The translations under genes and the position numbers were made by a program. From Macrostomum lignano (lineage: Eukaryota), in NCBI GenBank assembly GCA_002269645.1, contig NIVC01001813.1, forward strand, positions 124,001-188,000: DNA of 64,000 bases, written 5' to 3'. Below, one piece after another: positions 24,165-36,675 of this stretch (position 1 is its first letter; every line of letters begins with the position of its first letter). The notes below the pieces were generated by a model. The model searched no databases. It was not told where the DNA came from and saw only the letters and a list, made by a program, of their open reading frames with translations.

Positions 24165-27100
24165 CTTTGTCTTCCTGTCCTTTGAGTCTCTTCCTGTCCT
24201 TTGTCTCCCTGTCCTTTGTGTCTTCCTGTCCTTTGAGTCTCTTCCTGCCCTTTGAGTCTCTTCCTGCCCTTTGAGTCTCTTCCTGTCCTTTGTGTCTTCC
24301 TGTCCTTTGTCTCCCTGTCCTTTGTGTCTTCCTGTCCTTTGAGTCTCTTCCTGCCCTTTGAGTCTCTTCCTGCCCTTTGAGTCTCTTCCTGTCCTTTGAG
24401 TCTCTTCCTGTCCTTTGTCTCCCTGTCCTTTGTGTCTTCCTGTCCTTTGAGTCTCTTCCTGCCCTTTGAGTCTCTTCCTGCCCTTTGAGTCTCTTCCTGC
24501 CCTTTGAGTCTCTTCCTGTCCTTTGAGTCTCTTCCTGTCCTTTGTCTCCCTGTCCTTTGTGTCTTCCTGTCCTTTGAGTCTCTTCCTGCCCTTTGAGTCT
24601 CTTCCTGCCCTTTGAGTCTCTTCCTGTCCTTTGTGTCTTCCTGTCCTTTGCGCCTTCCTATCCTTTGTGTCTCCCTGTCCTTTGTCTTCCTGTCCTTTGT
24701 GTCTCTCCCTGTCCTTTGAGTCTCTCCCTGTCCTTTGTGTCTTCCTGTCCTTTGCGCCTTCCTATCCTTTGTGTCTCCCTGTCCTTTGTCTTCCTGTCAT
24801 TTGTGTCTCTCCCTGTCCTTTGAGTCTCTTCCTGTCCTTTGAGTCTCTTCCTGTCCTTTGAGTCTCTTCCTGTCCTTTGAGTCTCTTCCTGTCCTTTGTC
24901 TCCCTGTCCTTTGTGTCTCTTCCTGTCCTTTGAGTCTCTTCCTGTCCTTTGAGTCTCTTCCTGTCCTTTGTCTCCCTGTCCTTTGTGTCTTCCTGTCCTT
25001 TGAGTCTCTTCCTGTCCTTTGAGTCTCTTCCTGTCCTTTGAGTCTCTTCCTGTCCTTTGTCTCCCTGTCCTTTGTGTCTTCCTGTCCTTTGAGTCTCTTC
25101 CTGTCCTTTGAGTCTCTTCCTGTCCTTTGAGTCTCTTCCTGCCCTTTGAGTCTCTTCCTGTCCTTTGAGTCTCTTCCTGTCCTTTGAGTCTCTTCCTGCC
25201 CTTTGAGTCTCTTCCTGTCCTTTGTCTCCCTGTCCTTTGTGTCTTCCTGTCCTTTGTCTCCCTGTCCATTGTGTCTTCCTGTCCTTTGCGCCTTCCTGTC
25301 CTTTGTGTCTCCCTGTCCTTTGTCTTCCTGTCCTTTGAGTCTCTTCCTGTCCTTTGTCTCCCTGTCCTTTGTGTCTTCCTGTCCTTTGAGTCTCTTCCTG
25401 CCCTTTGAGTCTCTTCCTGCCCTTTGAGTCTCTTCCTGTCCTTTGAGTCTCTTCCTGTCCTTTGTCTCCCTGTCCTTTGTGTCTTCCTGTCCTTTGAGTC
25501 TCTTCCTGCCCTTTGAGTCTCTTCCTGCCCTTTGAGTCTCTTCCTGTCCTTTGAGTCTCTTCCTGTCCTTTGTCTCCCTGTCCTTTGTGTCTTCCTGTCC
25601 TTTGAGTCTCTTCCTGTCCTTTGAGTCTCTTCCTGTCCTTTGTCTCCCTGTCCTTTGTGTCTTCCTGTCCTTTGAGTCTCTTCCTGTCCTTTGAGTCTCT
25701 TCCTGTCCTTTGTCTCCCTGTCCTTTGTGTCTTCCTGTCCTTTGAGTCTCTTCCTGCCCTTTGAGTCTCTTCCTGCCCTTTGAGTCTCTTCCTGTCCTTT
25801 GAGTCTCTTCCTGTCCTTTGTCTCCCTGTCCTTTGTGTCTTCCTGTCCTTTGAGTCTCTTCCTGTCCTTTGTCTCCCTGTCCTTTGTGTCTTCCTGTCCT
25901 TTGAGTCTCTTCCTGCCCTTTGAGTCTCTTCCTGCCCTTTGAGTCTCTTCCTGTCCTTTGAGTCTCTTCCTGTCCTTTGTCTCCCTGTCCTTTGTGTCTT
26001 CCTGTCCTTTGAGTCTCTTCCTGTCCTTTGTCTCCCTGTCCTTTGTGTCTTCCTGTCCTTTGAGTCTCTTCCTGCCCTTTGAGTCTCTTCCTGCCCTTTG
26101 AGTCTCTTCCTGCCCTTTGAGTCTCTTCCTGTCCTTTGTGTCTTCCTGTCCTTTGCGCCTTCCTATCCTTTGTGTCTCCCTGTCCTTTGTCTTCCTGTCC
26201 TTTGTGTCTCTCCCTGTCCTTTGAGTCTCTCCCTGTCCTTTGTGTCTTCCTGTCCTTTGCGCCTTCCTATCCTTTGTGTCTCCCTGTCCTTTGTCTTCCT
26301 GTCCTTTGTGTCTCTCCCTGTCCTTTGAGTCTCTCCCTGTCCTTTGTGTCTTCCTGTCCTTTGCGCCTTCCTATCCTTTGTGTCTCCCTGTCCTTTGTCT
26401 TCCTGTCATTTGTGTCTCTCCCTGTCCTTTGAGTCTCTTCCTGTCCTTTGAGTCTCTTCCTGTCCTTTGAGTCTCTCCCTGTCCTTTGTGTCTTCCTGTC
26501 CTTTGTGTCTCTCCCTGTCCTTTGAGTCTCTTCCTGTCCTTTGAGTCTCTTCCTGTCCTTTGAGTCTCTCCCTGTCCTTTGTGTCTTCCTGTCCTTTGCG
26601 CCTTCCTGTCCTTTGTGTCTCCCTGTCCTTTGTCTTCCTGTCCTTTGTGTCTCTCCCTGTCCTTTGTGTCTTCCTGTCCTTTGCGCCTTCCTATCCTTTG
26701 TGTCTCCCTGTCCTTTGTCTTCCTGTCCTTTGTGTCTTCCTGTCATTTGTGTCTCTTCCTGTCCTTTGAGTCTCTTCCTGTCCTTTGAGTCTCTTCCTGT
26801 CCTTTGAGTCTCTCCCTGTCCTTTATGTCTTCCTGTCCCTTGCGCCTTCCTGTCCTTTGTGTCTCCCTGTCCTTTGTCTTCCTGTCCTTTGTGTCTTCCT
26901 GTCCTTTGAGTCTCTCCCTGTCCTTTGTGTCTCTCCCTGTCCTTTGAGTCTCTCCCTGTCCTTTGTGTCTCTCCCTGTCCTTCGAGTCTCTTCCTGTCCT
27001 TTGAGTCTTCCTGTCCTTTGTGACTCTTCCTGTCCTTTGCATCCCTTCCTGTCCTTTGAGTCTCTTCCTGTCCTTTGAGTCTCTTCCTGTCCTTTGCGTC

Positions 27101-27450
27101 TTCCTGTCCTTTGCGTCTCTTCCTGTCCTTTGAGTCTCTTCCTGTCCTTTGTGTCTCTCCCTGTCCTTTGAGTATCTTCCTGTCCTTTGAGTCTTCCTGT
27201 CCTTTGTGACTCTTCCTGTCCTTTGCATCTCTTCCTGTCTTTTGAGTCTCTCCCTGTCCTTTGTGTCTCTCCCTGTCCTTTGAGTCTCTTCCTGTCCTTT
27301 GAGTCTTCCTGTCCTTTGTGACTCTTCCTGTCCTTTGCATCTCTTCCTGTCCTTTGAGTCTCTTCCTGTCCTTTGAGTCTCTTCCTGTCCTTTGAGTGTC
27401 CTCCTGTCCTTTGCGTCTCTTCCTGTCCTTTGAGTCTTCCTGTCCTTGGC
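24165..27450 (+). repeat. 3.3-kb 19-bp pyrimidine-rich minisatellite between RTF1 and TRIP11
   Basis: Unit CTGTCCTTTGAGTCTCTTC and variants. Variant blocks (e.g. GCGCCTTCCTATCC) recur at about 24650, 24750, 26155, 26260 and 26360. Confidence 0.97.
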
Positions 27451-27644
27451 GTTTGCATCCCTTCGCTGTAAATGGGCAGCAATTGCAGTGCTAAAAAATG
27501 CATTCAGCTGACTCTCCGTCTCGCACCCCCGCAGCGCGAGCCCACACTGACCAGTTCAGCCTTGGCCTTGAGCAAGCAGCTCCTCCCAGTCGCCCAGTGA
27601 TTCGCTTGGCAGCATGCCAGCAGCCGCAGCGGAACTCGGCCAAG

Positions 27645-30600
27645 ATGTCCGACAGCACTTCTGACTTGCAACTTCAACGGTCGCCGCAGCCGCAGCCTCA
27701 CAAATCGTCGGCTGAAAACGGCAACGGCGGCGGCGGTTCGATCAAATCCGACCTATCGGCGGTGTCGGCGGCAACATCAAAGGCGCTGGAAGACCAGCTG
27801 GCAGATTTGAATGGCGCAGTTGAATCGCTGGAGGCCAGCTTCGTGCAGCAGAGTCCGGTTGGCGCTGCTCCCGCCGCTGCACCGTCAGCTGCAGAGTCGG
27901 GCGGCGGGAGCCCCCTGTCCCGGGTGCAGGCGCTGTTCTCCCAGCGAGCGTCCGTCAAGAAGCAGCAGCAGCAGCAGGAGCCGCAAGCGACCCCCAAGCC
28001 GCAGGACAATGACTCGGCGGAGCAGCAGCAAGTTCGCGAGCTGCAGTCGGAGCGCCAGCGGCTGCAGGGCCAGCTGCAGTCGGTGCAAACTCTGCTGCAG
28101 AATTGCCAACGCCAGCTGGAGCAGAAGACGGCCGAGGCGGCCCGGCTGATGCGCTCTGAGCACGAGGCTGGCCAGCTGCGGCTGAAGTGCACGCAGCTGC
28201 AGCGCCAGCTGGCCGACATGTCCGACCTGGCCTCCGAGCGGGATCAGCTGGCCCAGATGACGGAGAGTCTGGAGGCGGCGCTCACTCCCATGAAGGAGCG
28301 CGCCGACGCGGCCAACGCTGAGGCGCGCGAGCTGCGCCAACAGGTGCAGAGCAGCTCAGCCGAGCTGAAAGCAGCGGCGCAGCTCGAGGCGCAGCTGCGA
28401 GCCGAGCTGGCGGCATCCGGCGATGAGGCCAGGCAGCTGGGCGACCGGCTCGAGCGTGCCGAAGCGGACGTGGCGTCATTGGCGGAGCAGCTTGGCCAGG
28501 AGCGCGCCGCCCGTCAGCAGCTGGCTGATCAGCTGGCTGAACTTAAGGAGGCCGCGGATGCTGATCAGTCCAAAGATGCAGAAATTGCCGACCTGGCCGC
28601 TCAGCTGGATTCGCTCCGGCAGGCCCTGGCCGAGAGAGTTGCCCAGGCTGATGCCGCTGAGGCTGAGCGATCCGCACTGAGTCTGCAGGTTGAGCAGCTG
28701 ACCGAGCAGTTGAACGCGAAGTCCACAGAGCTGCAAAATCTGGTCGACTCATCTGGCAAGGATGCTGAAATAGCTCGATTGGTTAATCAGATTGATGAAG
28801 AGCGGCGTCTGAGACAGGAGGAGGTCGCCAGTTTTGAGTCCAATTCGGGTGTCATCGTTGAGCTCAGGCAGCAAGTTGAGCAGTATGTGAAAGAGCTGGA
28901 AGAGCTGAGAAACCAGTTGGCCACAAAAAATGCGGAAATTGAGACTTTGCACCAGTCCCAGAGTTCTGCTGCTCAGGCGGAAGCTGAAGCAGTTTCCCAG
29001 ATTAAAAACCAGATGGACCAGTTGATGAAGGAGCTGCAGGCAGCTGGGGAGCAAGTGCGCACTCAAGAATCGCAAATCACCTCATTGACAGAGCAGCTCG
29101 CAGGCAAAGACTCGGAGATTGAAACGTTGCGTCAATCGCGAAGTGCCGCCGATCAGTCAGAATCAGAGACTGTTGCCCGGCTTCAGAAGCAGATCGACGA
29201 GTTGATGGGAGAGCTGCAGGCAGCTGGGGAGCAGGTGCGCACTCAAGAATCGCAAGTTACCGCATTGACAGAGCAGCTCGCTGACAAAGAGGCACAGATC
29301 TTGGAATTGCGGCAGTCTGAAACTGAGAAAGTTTCCCGATTGCAAACGCAGGTTGACGAGTTACTAAAGGAACTACAGGTAGTTGGAGAACAGGCCAGAG
29401 CTCACAGCTCGCAAGTTGACTCCTTGAATGAACAGCTTGCAAGCAAAGACGCAGAGATTGAGAGACTGCACCAGTTGCAAAGCGCTTCTGCTGAATCCGA
29501 ATCTGAGTCTGTATCCCAGCTACATGAGCAGATTAACAAGTTGATGAAGGAACTGCAGGTTGCCGAGGAGCAGGCGCAGACTTACAGATCACAAGTCGAT
29601 TCCTTAACGGAGCAGCTCGCTGGCAAAGAGTCAGAGATCTTGGAATCGCGTCAGTCTGAAAGTGGAAAAGTTTCCGAAACGCAAAAGCAGGTTGATGAGC
29701 TGCTGAAACAGCTGCAGGTTGCCGAGGAGCAGGCGCAGACTTACAGATCACAAGTCGATTCCTTAACGGAGCAGCTCGCTTGCAAAGAGTCAGAGATCTT
29801 GGAATCGCGTCAGTCTGAAAGTGGAAAAGTTTCCGAAACGCAAAAGCAGGTTGATGAGCTGCTGAAACAGCTGCAGGCAGCGGAGGAGCAGGCGCAGACT
29901 CACAAATCGCAAATTGATTCCTTAACAGAGCAGCTCGCTGGCAAGGAGGCAGAGATGACGGCGTTGCAGCAGTCTGACACCGAAGCAGATTCCCAGTTGG
30001 AGCAGAGAATTGGCGAACTCAAGAAGGAGCTCAAAAGCTACTCGGCTCAGTCAGAGTCGCTAACGAGCCAGCTGGCGGTCAAAGACGCAGAGATTGCGTC
30101 GTTACGTCAGTCGCTGAATGACAATGCAGCTCCGGCAGCGGCGGCAGCGGCGGAGCAGAGCCGCCTGTTGGCCGCCCGGGAGCAGCAGATTCTGGAACTG
30201 AAGACGCAGCAGTTGAGCCTGCAGGAGCGCGAGGCCGAGCTGACCGCGCAGGCTGAACAGCAGCAGCAGGAGTTGCGCAATCAGTACCAGACTCTGGTTC
30301 AGAATTACACGGTGGCTTATCAGCAGAACGGGCAGCTGAGGCAGCGCCTGAGTGAACTGGAGCAGCGCCTGCAGCAGCAGAGCGGCCTGGCTGAGCTGGC
30401 CGAACGGAGCGAACTTTTGCGGGCCGAGTCCGCCCAGCTGAAGTCGCTGATGCGCGAGGCGGAGGCTGAGAAGGCGGCCCAACGGACTCAGCTGCAGCAG
30501 CGAGCTGTCGAGGTGGCCAACCTGCAGGCCGAGCTTGACGAGCTGCGCAAGCAGTTGCAGCAGCGGCAGCAGCAGCACCAGCAGCACCAGCAGAAGGAAG

Positions 30601-33309
30601 CAACGGCCAACGACTCTGGGTCATCCGAGCGGCTCCGTCAAGAGGTGGAGCGTCTTCGGCGTCACCTGATGGAAGTTGAGGAGAGCTACACGGCGGAGCT
30701 GCTGGCGGCGGAGTCCGCTCAGCAGGAGCTGAAGTCCCGCCTGCAGCAGCTGGAAGCCACGGCTGGCAGCGCCGACTCCACTGGGCAGCAGGTGCACACG
30801 CTGCAGATGTACCTCAGTGCTGTGCGGGACGAGCGGGACAGGGCGCTGGCTCAGGTCAAGGTGAGTCAGCGTACTATTTACCTGTCTACCAGGGATTGTG
30901 GGAACAGGTGCAAAGAATACAACCGTCTCCCTAGTGAAAATAGGGGGTGGGGGTCATATGGCGCGCAAAGAATCTAGCCTAGTGTGCCAAATTAGCAGTG
31001 TAACGCATGAAGCCAACGCAATAGTGGGTTTGTATTGTGCGCAACGCAACGCAAACTTGGCCAAATATCAATCAGTTAACACCTGCGCACTCAAATGTAC
31101 ACATTTAAAGATAAAGATAGAAGGCGCGCATTGAACAACAGCATCTTCACAGAGACTTACGAACTGTAGTGCTGGCAAGCTAAGGAGACAGTAAAGTCAG
31201 TGTCCAGAATCTGGGGCTCTTGCGCCTCCCATGGCAAAAATTTTTCCGTGTTGCTTCTGTCTTCCCACCCACTTGTTAGGCCTGCCTACCCAACTGCCGC
31301 TCTTTCCCCGCCATTTCTTTGATCTTTTACGCAGGTTGTCGGAATTTTTCGGATAATTTTCAGTGTCAAAAAAGTCTGAAAACTTTATTTTACTTGGTCG
31401 GCCTGTGCCAGTAGAACTTTGATTAACTCTTCGGTGTAGTCCGGCAAAATTTGGCTTTGGGTTCCTGAGTCAGTGTCAGCTAGAGTCGGCTTTTGTCCGA
31501 TTTTTGTCCAAGACGCTTGTCGGAGAAGTTCAATATTTCTGGCTACCTACCTGTCTACCTAATCATCTGGCTACCTATCTACCTAATTACCTACTCACCT
31601 ACCCCCCTACGGGGGGGTTTCATAAACTCGAAATTTCACAACGTCGAAAGCACCTTCTTTCACAGGGTCGAAATTTCACAAGGTCGAAATTTCATAACAT
31701 CGAAAACTCAAATAGCAGCCACTTTCACAAGGTCGAAACTTCACAAGGTCGAAATTTCACAACATCGAAAACTTTAGCAAAGGACTTCATAAGGTCGAAA
31801 ATTCACAAGGTCGAAATTTCACAACATCGAAAACTCGAAAAGCAGCCACTTTCATAAGGTAGAAATTTCACAAGGTCGAAATTTCACAACATCGAAAACT
31901 TTAGCAAGAGACTTCACAAGGTCGAAATTTCACAACGTAGAAAACTACTGTATGGTTCTTGATAGATAAAATTTTCGACTTTGTGAAATTTCGAGCTTAT
32001 GAAGTTTCGACCTTGTGAAAGTGGCTGCACTTGAGTTTTCGATGTTGTGAAGTTTCGACCTTGTGAAATTTCGACCTTATGAAATCTCTTGCTAGAGTTT
32101 TCGATGTTGTGAAATTTCGACCTTATGAAATTTCGACCTTATGAAATTTCGACCTTATGAAGTCTCTTGCTAAAGTTTTCGATGTTGTGAAATTTCGACC
32201 TTGTGAAGTTTCGACCTTGTGAAATAATTTACTTTTCGACGTTGTGAAATTTCGACCTTGTGAAAGCACCCCCACCTACCTTATCTGCCTACCTACCTAC
32301 CCACCTACTAACTGATTTAGCTACATATCTACCTACTTATCTACCTACTTATCTGCCTACTTACCTACCCACCTACCAACTGATTTAGCTACATATCTAC
32401 CTACTTATCTACCTACTTACCTACCCATCTACCTACCTACCTACCTACCCACCTACCCACCTATCTACCCACCTACCATTGCTCAACCCGCAGTCGCTGG
32501 CTCGCGAACTGGACGACAGCCGGCGCTCAGCCGCCAACCTGCAGATGGTGCTGGACAAGTTCCAGAATCCCGGCGCCGCAGCATCTTCATCCGCGCTCGA
32601 TCAGTCCGCCGCGGCGGCGCCTGCCGCTTCCACGCGCAACGACGAAATCCGCGCCTACCGCGACCGCGCCGCCCGCGCCGAGGCCGAGCGGCTGCGTCTG
32701 GCGCGCGAGCTGGAGGCCTGCCGGGCGCAGCTGGCCGAGTCTGCCGAGGCCGTGGCCGCCGCTGGCCGACTCGCCGCCGCCGCCGACACTCACGACGACG
32801 AGCGGGCGAAGCTGCTGGCCGACGCGGCCGCTGCCCGCGAGGAGGCCGCCGCCGCTGCCGAGGAGATCCGGGCGCTGAAGGCCGGCAGCGTGGAGAAGCC
32901 GCTGATCCGCAGCCTGGTGCTCGCCTGCGTGCACGCGCCCCCTGCCAAGCGGCTGGAGGCCCTGCAGGTCATGGCGCACTGTCTGGGTGTCAGCGACGCC
33001 GACCTCGCCTCAGCCAGCGGAGGCGGCGTCGTCGGGGGCCCCAGCGCCGTGTCGGGTGTCTCCGCTGCGGACGCGGCCGCTGCAGCCGCCAAGAAATCTT
33101 TGGGCGAGGAGTTCGTCAAATTCCTGCAGCGAGAGTCCGCGCCCAAGAAGGTGCTGCCGCTGCCGCTGCCCGCGCCTGAGGAGACCGCGGCCGCTGCGGC
33201 CAGGTCCCGGTCCCGATCGCCCTCCGGCGTCTTCCAGGACCCCCAGCTACCGCAGTCAACGCAGCCGCATTCTGTGCCAATCCAGCTACTCAACCTCAGC
33301 CTACCCTAG
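27645..33309 (+). CDS. TRIP11: Golgin GMAP-210 / TRIP11-like coiled-coil tether, 2 exons (27645 [or 27498]..30860; 32494..33309), ~1343 aa
   Basis: Long coiled coil. The segment ERLRRHLMEVEESYT-ELLAAE...SAANLQMVLDKFQ, the GRAB-type domain GSVEKPLIRSLVLACVHAPPAKRLEALQVMAHCLG and the GA1-like SLGEEFVKFLQRES resemble the GMAP-210 C-terminus. Donor AAG|GTGAGT at 30861, acceptor CCCGCAG| at 32493, phase 0. Confidence 0.85.
31611..32273. mobile_element. Foldback-type non-autonomous element with long modular inverted arms
   Basis: The left arm (31611-~31945) is built from AGGTCGAAATTTCACA 16-mers and the right arm (~31973-32273) is its reverse complement, separated by a ~30-bp spacer. Termini are GGGGG...CCCCC. 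It interrupts a CTAC-rich tract that continues on both sides. Confidence 0.85.
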
Positions 33310-34115
33310 CGCCTCCCCGCCTCTCCCTGCCCGCCTCTCCCTATCTGCTGTCCGCCTCTCCCTATCTGCTCTCCGCCTCTCCCTGCCCGCCTCTCCCTAT
33401 CTGCTGTCCGCCTCTCCCTATCTGCTCTCCGCCTCTCCCTGCCCGCCTCTCCCTATCTGCTGTCCGCCTCTCCCTATCTGCTCTCCGCCTCTCCCTATCT
33501 GCTCTCCGCCTCTCCCTGCCCGCCTCTCCCTATCTGCTCTCCGCCTCTCCCTATCTGCTCTCTGCCTCTCCCTATCTGCTCTCTGCCTCTCCCTATCTGC
33601 TCTCTGCCTCTCCCTATCTGCTGTCCGCCTCTCCCTATCTGCTCTCCGCCTCTCCCTGCCCGCCTCTCCCTATCTGCTCTCCGCCTCTCCCTGCCCGCCT
33701 CTCCCTATCTGCTCTCCGCCTCTCCCTATCTGCTCTCTGCCTCTCCCTATCTGCTCTCTGCCTCTCCCTATCTGCTCTCTGCCTCTCCCTATCTGCTCTC
33801 TGCCTCTCCCTATCTGCTCTCTGCCTCTCCATGCCCGCCTCTCCCTATCTGCTCTCCGCCTCTCCATGCCCGCCTCTCCCTATCTGCTCCCCGCCTCTCC
33901 CTGCCCGCCTCTCCCTATCTGCTCTCCGCCTCTCCCTGCCCGCTCCCCGCCTCTCCCTGCCCGCTCCCCGCCTCTCCCTGCCCGCTCCCCGCCTCTCCCT
34001 GCCCGCTCCCCGCCTCTCCCTGCCCGCTCCCCGCCTCTCCCTGCCCGCTCCCCGCCTCTCCCTGCCCGCTCCCCGCCTCTCCCTGCCCGCTCCCCGCCTC
34101 TCCCTACCCCCTCCC
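33310..34115 (+). repeat. Pyrimidine-rich 14/21-bp minisatellite directly after the TRIP11 stop
   Basis: Units CCTCTCCCTATCTGCTCTCCG, CCTCTCCCTGCCCG and CCTCTCCCTGCCCGCTCCCCG. Confidence 0.95.
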
Positions 34116-34759
34116 TGGCCGCTCCTATTCCCTCCGCTATTAACAATCCCAGTAGTCTCCTGTGTCCGTTTGTCACCGGCTGTGTCAAGACTGTCAATTG
34201 CTTACCGCCTGTTTCATTATTGCAGTTCGGAATTTGCCGCCTATGCTTGATATTCTACTCAAAACTTGCTCTGCCGCTAGTGATAATTGTGGCACGACAT
34301 ATCGGTAGCCCTAAACTGGTCAATCAATATAATCAGCATGGTTTTGGGGTTCCCATCGAGTCTGCAGATTGCGTGCCATTATAAATGTACGGTGTTGTCG
34401 ATCGCTCATTTCCATTGCATCATTGCTGTTACCTGAATCTATCGAACAAAACCATTAAATGCTCATGGCATTGAACCGTGTTGGATATTCAATGCTTGGC
34501 GCGTATAGAAACTTGTGTACTTGCTGTTTGTTCTGTTTTCTCTGTTGATGCACAATGGAACATTGGATTAAATATTGGTACATTATGTAAATACAGGTGT
34601 ACTGCCAGACTACCGCCCCTGGTTCTGAGTCCCCAATTCATTTCTGATTTTGTCTGACCGCTTTGCCTGCTGGGTGCATATTTTCTGGCCTGGCCTCCGT
34701 GTTTCTGTTTTACGGGACACTGGGTGGGAGCAAATGCTTGGGCGGCTGTGAGAGTCAGG

Positions 34760-35390
34760 GGTGGCAGTGAGAGGGAGAGGCTGGCAGTGAGATAGAGGGG
34801 CTGGCAGTGAGATAGAGGGGCTGGCAGTGAGAGAGAGAGAGGCTGGTAGTGAGATAGAGAGGCTGGAAGTGAGAGGGAGAGGTTGGCAGAGAGAGGGAGA
34901 GATTGGCAGTGAGATAGAGGGGCTGGCAGTGAGATAGAGGGGCTGGCAGTGAGATAGAGGGGCTGGCAGTGAGATAGAGGGGCTGGCAGTGAGAGGGAGA
35001 GATTGGCAGTGAGATAGAGGGGCTGGCAGTGAGATAGAGGGGCTGGCAGTGAGAGAGAGGCTGGCAGTGAGATAGAGGCGCTGGCAGTGAGAGGGAGAGA
35101 TTGGCAGTGAGATAGAGGGGCTGGCAGTGAGATAGAGGGGCTGGCAGTAAGATAGAGGGGCTGGCAGTGAGAGAGAGGCTGGCAGTGAGATAGAGGGGCT
35201 GGCAGTGAGAGGGAGAGATTGGCAGTGAGATAGAGGGGCTGGCAGTGAGATAGAGGGGCTGGCAGTGAGATAGAGGGGCTGGCAGTGAGATAGAAGGGCT
35301 GGCAGTGAGAGAGAGGCTGGCAGTGAGATAGAGGGGCTGGCAGTGAGAGGGAGAGGCTGGAACTGAGAGAGGGAGGCCGGCAGTGAGAGG
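34760..35390 (+). repeat. 20-bp purine-rich minisatellite
   Basis: Unit GGGGCTGGCAGTGAGATAGA. Confidence 0.94.
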
Positions 35391-36089
35391 GACAGAATGA
35401 TAGCAGCTATTGCTAGTAATCTGTAAGCGCAGAGTGAGGCTGAAGGGCAGTCGTGGCCATTGTAAGACAACTGACGGCGCACTGCAGATAGTGTAGAACA
35501 CAACGGGAACAAAAGTACATTCACATGCCAACAGAGACCTGAGAAAGTCCAGTGGGCTGTCGATTTGAGTTGCTAGTGGCTTTAGGATCCACTCTGCTGG
35601 CAAGAGCGGGTTGTACTGGGTGCATTTACATGTGTATTTATCATTGTTTATGATGGCTACTCACTGGAGCCAGGTGCGGTCGTGTGGATCAAAAGTACAT
35701 CAGGTCAGTCTGTAAAAGTCTAGGAATGTAGCCGCAGTTGTGGATACAAGAGCTGTCTGGCTTACAGAGCAGAAGTTACAAGATAAGGGCAAGAGAGAAA
35801 ATGAATAAATAGAATACGCAAAGGCTTATAGTGGCAAGTACATGTTATATATTATACTAAGAATCTACTACAGGTTGTCATGGCAGTCGCACTAGTATCG
35901 CAAGAGCAGAGGAAAAACTGAAACAGTTCTATCTGATAATAATCGAGTATTGTGTACAGCAGCTCAGTGGGTGAATTGTTGTTAAACATCGTTACAGATC
36001 GATACAGCGGTCAGGTCGATACATTGAATGAAATTTGCACAGCAAAAAAGAATTTGTTGAACGGGGACATCTGCAGTACTGCGGGCCTC

Positions 36090-36385
36090 TGGCAGTGAGG
36101 GGGAGAGGGAGGCAGTGAGGGGGGAGAGGGAGGCAGTGAGGGGGAGAGGGAGGCAGTGAGGGGGAGAGGGAGGCAGTGAGGGGTAGGAGGCAGTGAGGGG
36201 AGAGGGAGGCAGTGAGGGGGAGAGGGAGGCAGTGAGGGGAGAGGCAGGCAGTGAGGGGGAGAGGGAGGCAGTGAGGGGGAGAGGGAGGCAGTGAGGGGGG
36301 ATTGGGTGGCAGTGAGGGGAGAGGGAGGCAGTGAGGGGAGAGGGAGGCAGTGAGGGGTAGGAGGAAGTGAGGGGGAGGCAGTGAG
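36090..36385 (+). repeat. ~20-bp purine-rich minisatellite related to the 34.8-kb array
   Basis: Unit GAGGGAGGCAGTGAGGGGGA, sharing the GGCAGTGAG core. Confidence 0.92.
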
Positions 36386-36412
36386 TAGTGGATGTGCAGC
36401 ATTTTCGAGTGC

Positions 36413-36588
36413 GACACAGTCAAATGGCAGTCAGATGACACAGTCAAATGGCAGTCAGATGACACAGTCAAATGGCAGTCAGATGACACAGTCAAATGGC
36501 AGTCAGATGACACAGTCAAATGGCAGTCAGATGACACAGTCAAATGGCAGTCAGATGACACAGTCAAATGGCAGTCAGATGACAGTCA
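36413..36588 (+). repeat. Perfect 24-bp tandem repeat x7
   Basis: Unit CAGTCAAATGGCAGTCAGATGACA. Confidence 0.96.
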
Positions 36589-36675
36589 AAATACACTGTT
36601 CTGCGGTCTGCAGTGCGAGTTTACATGCAGTTCTGTTCGATTCCGACAGCACCGCTCGAGTTCGCGTCCTCAGCT

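Noticed and set aside
24593-27503. Many ORFs (QRTGRDSKDRK.., LPVLCVFLSF..)
   Set aside because: They are frame read-throughs of the 19-bp array with no domain or splice support.
27504-30624. Antisense and alternative-frame ORFs over TRIP11, RTF1, ATP6AP1 and CNOT2 exons
   Set aside because: These are shadow ORFs expected from GC3-rich coding sequence.
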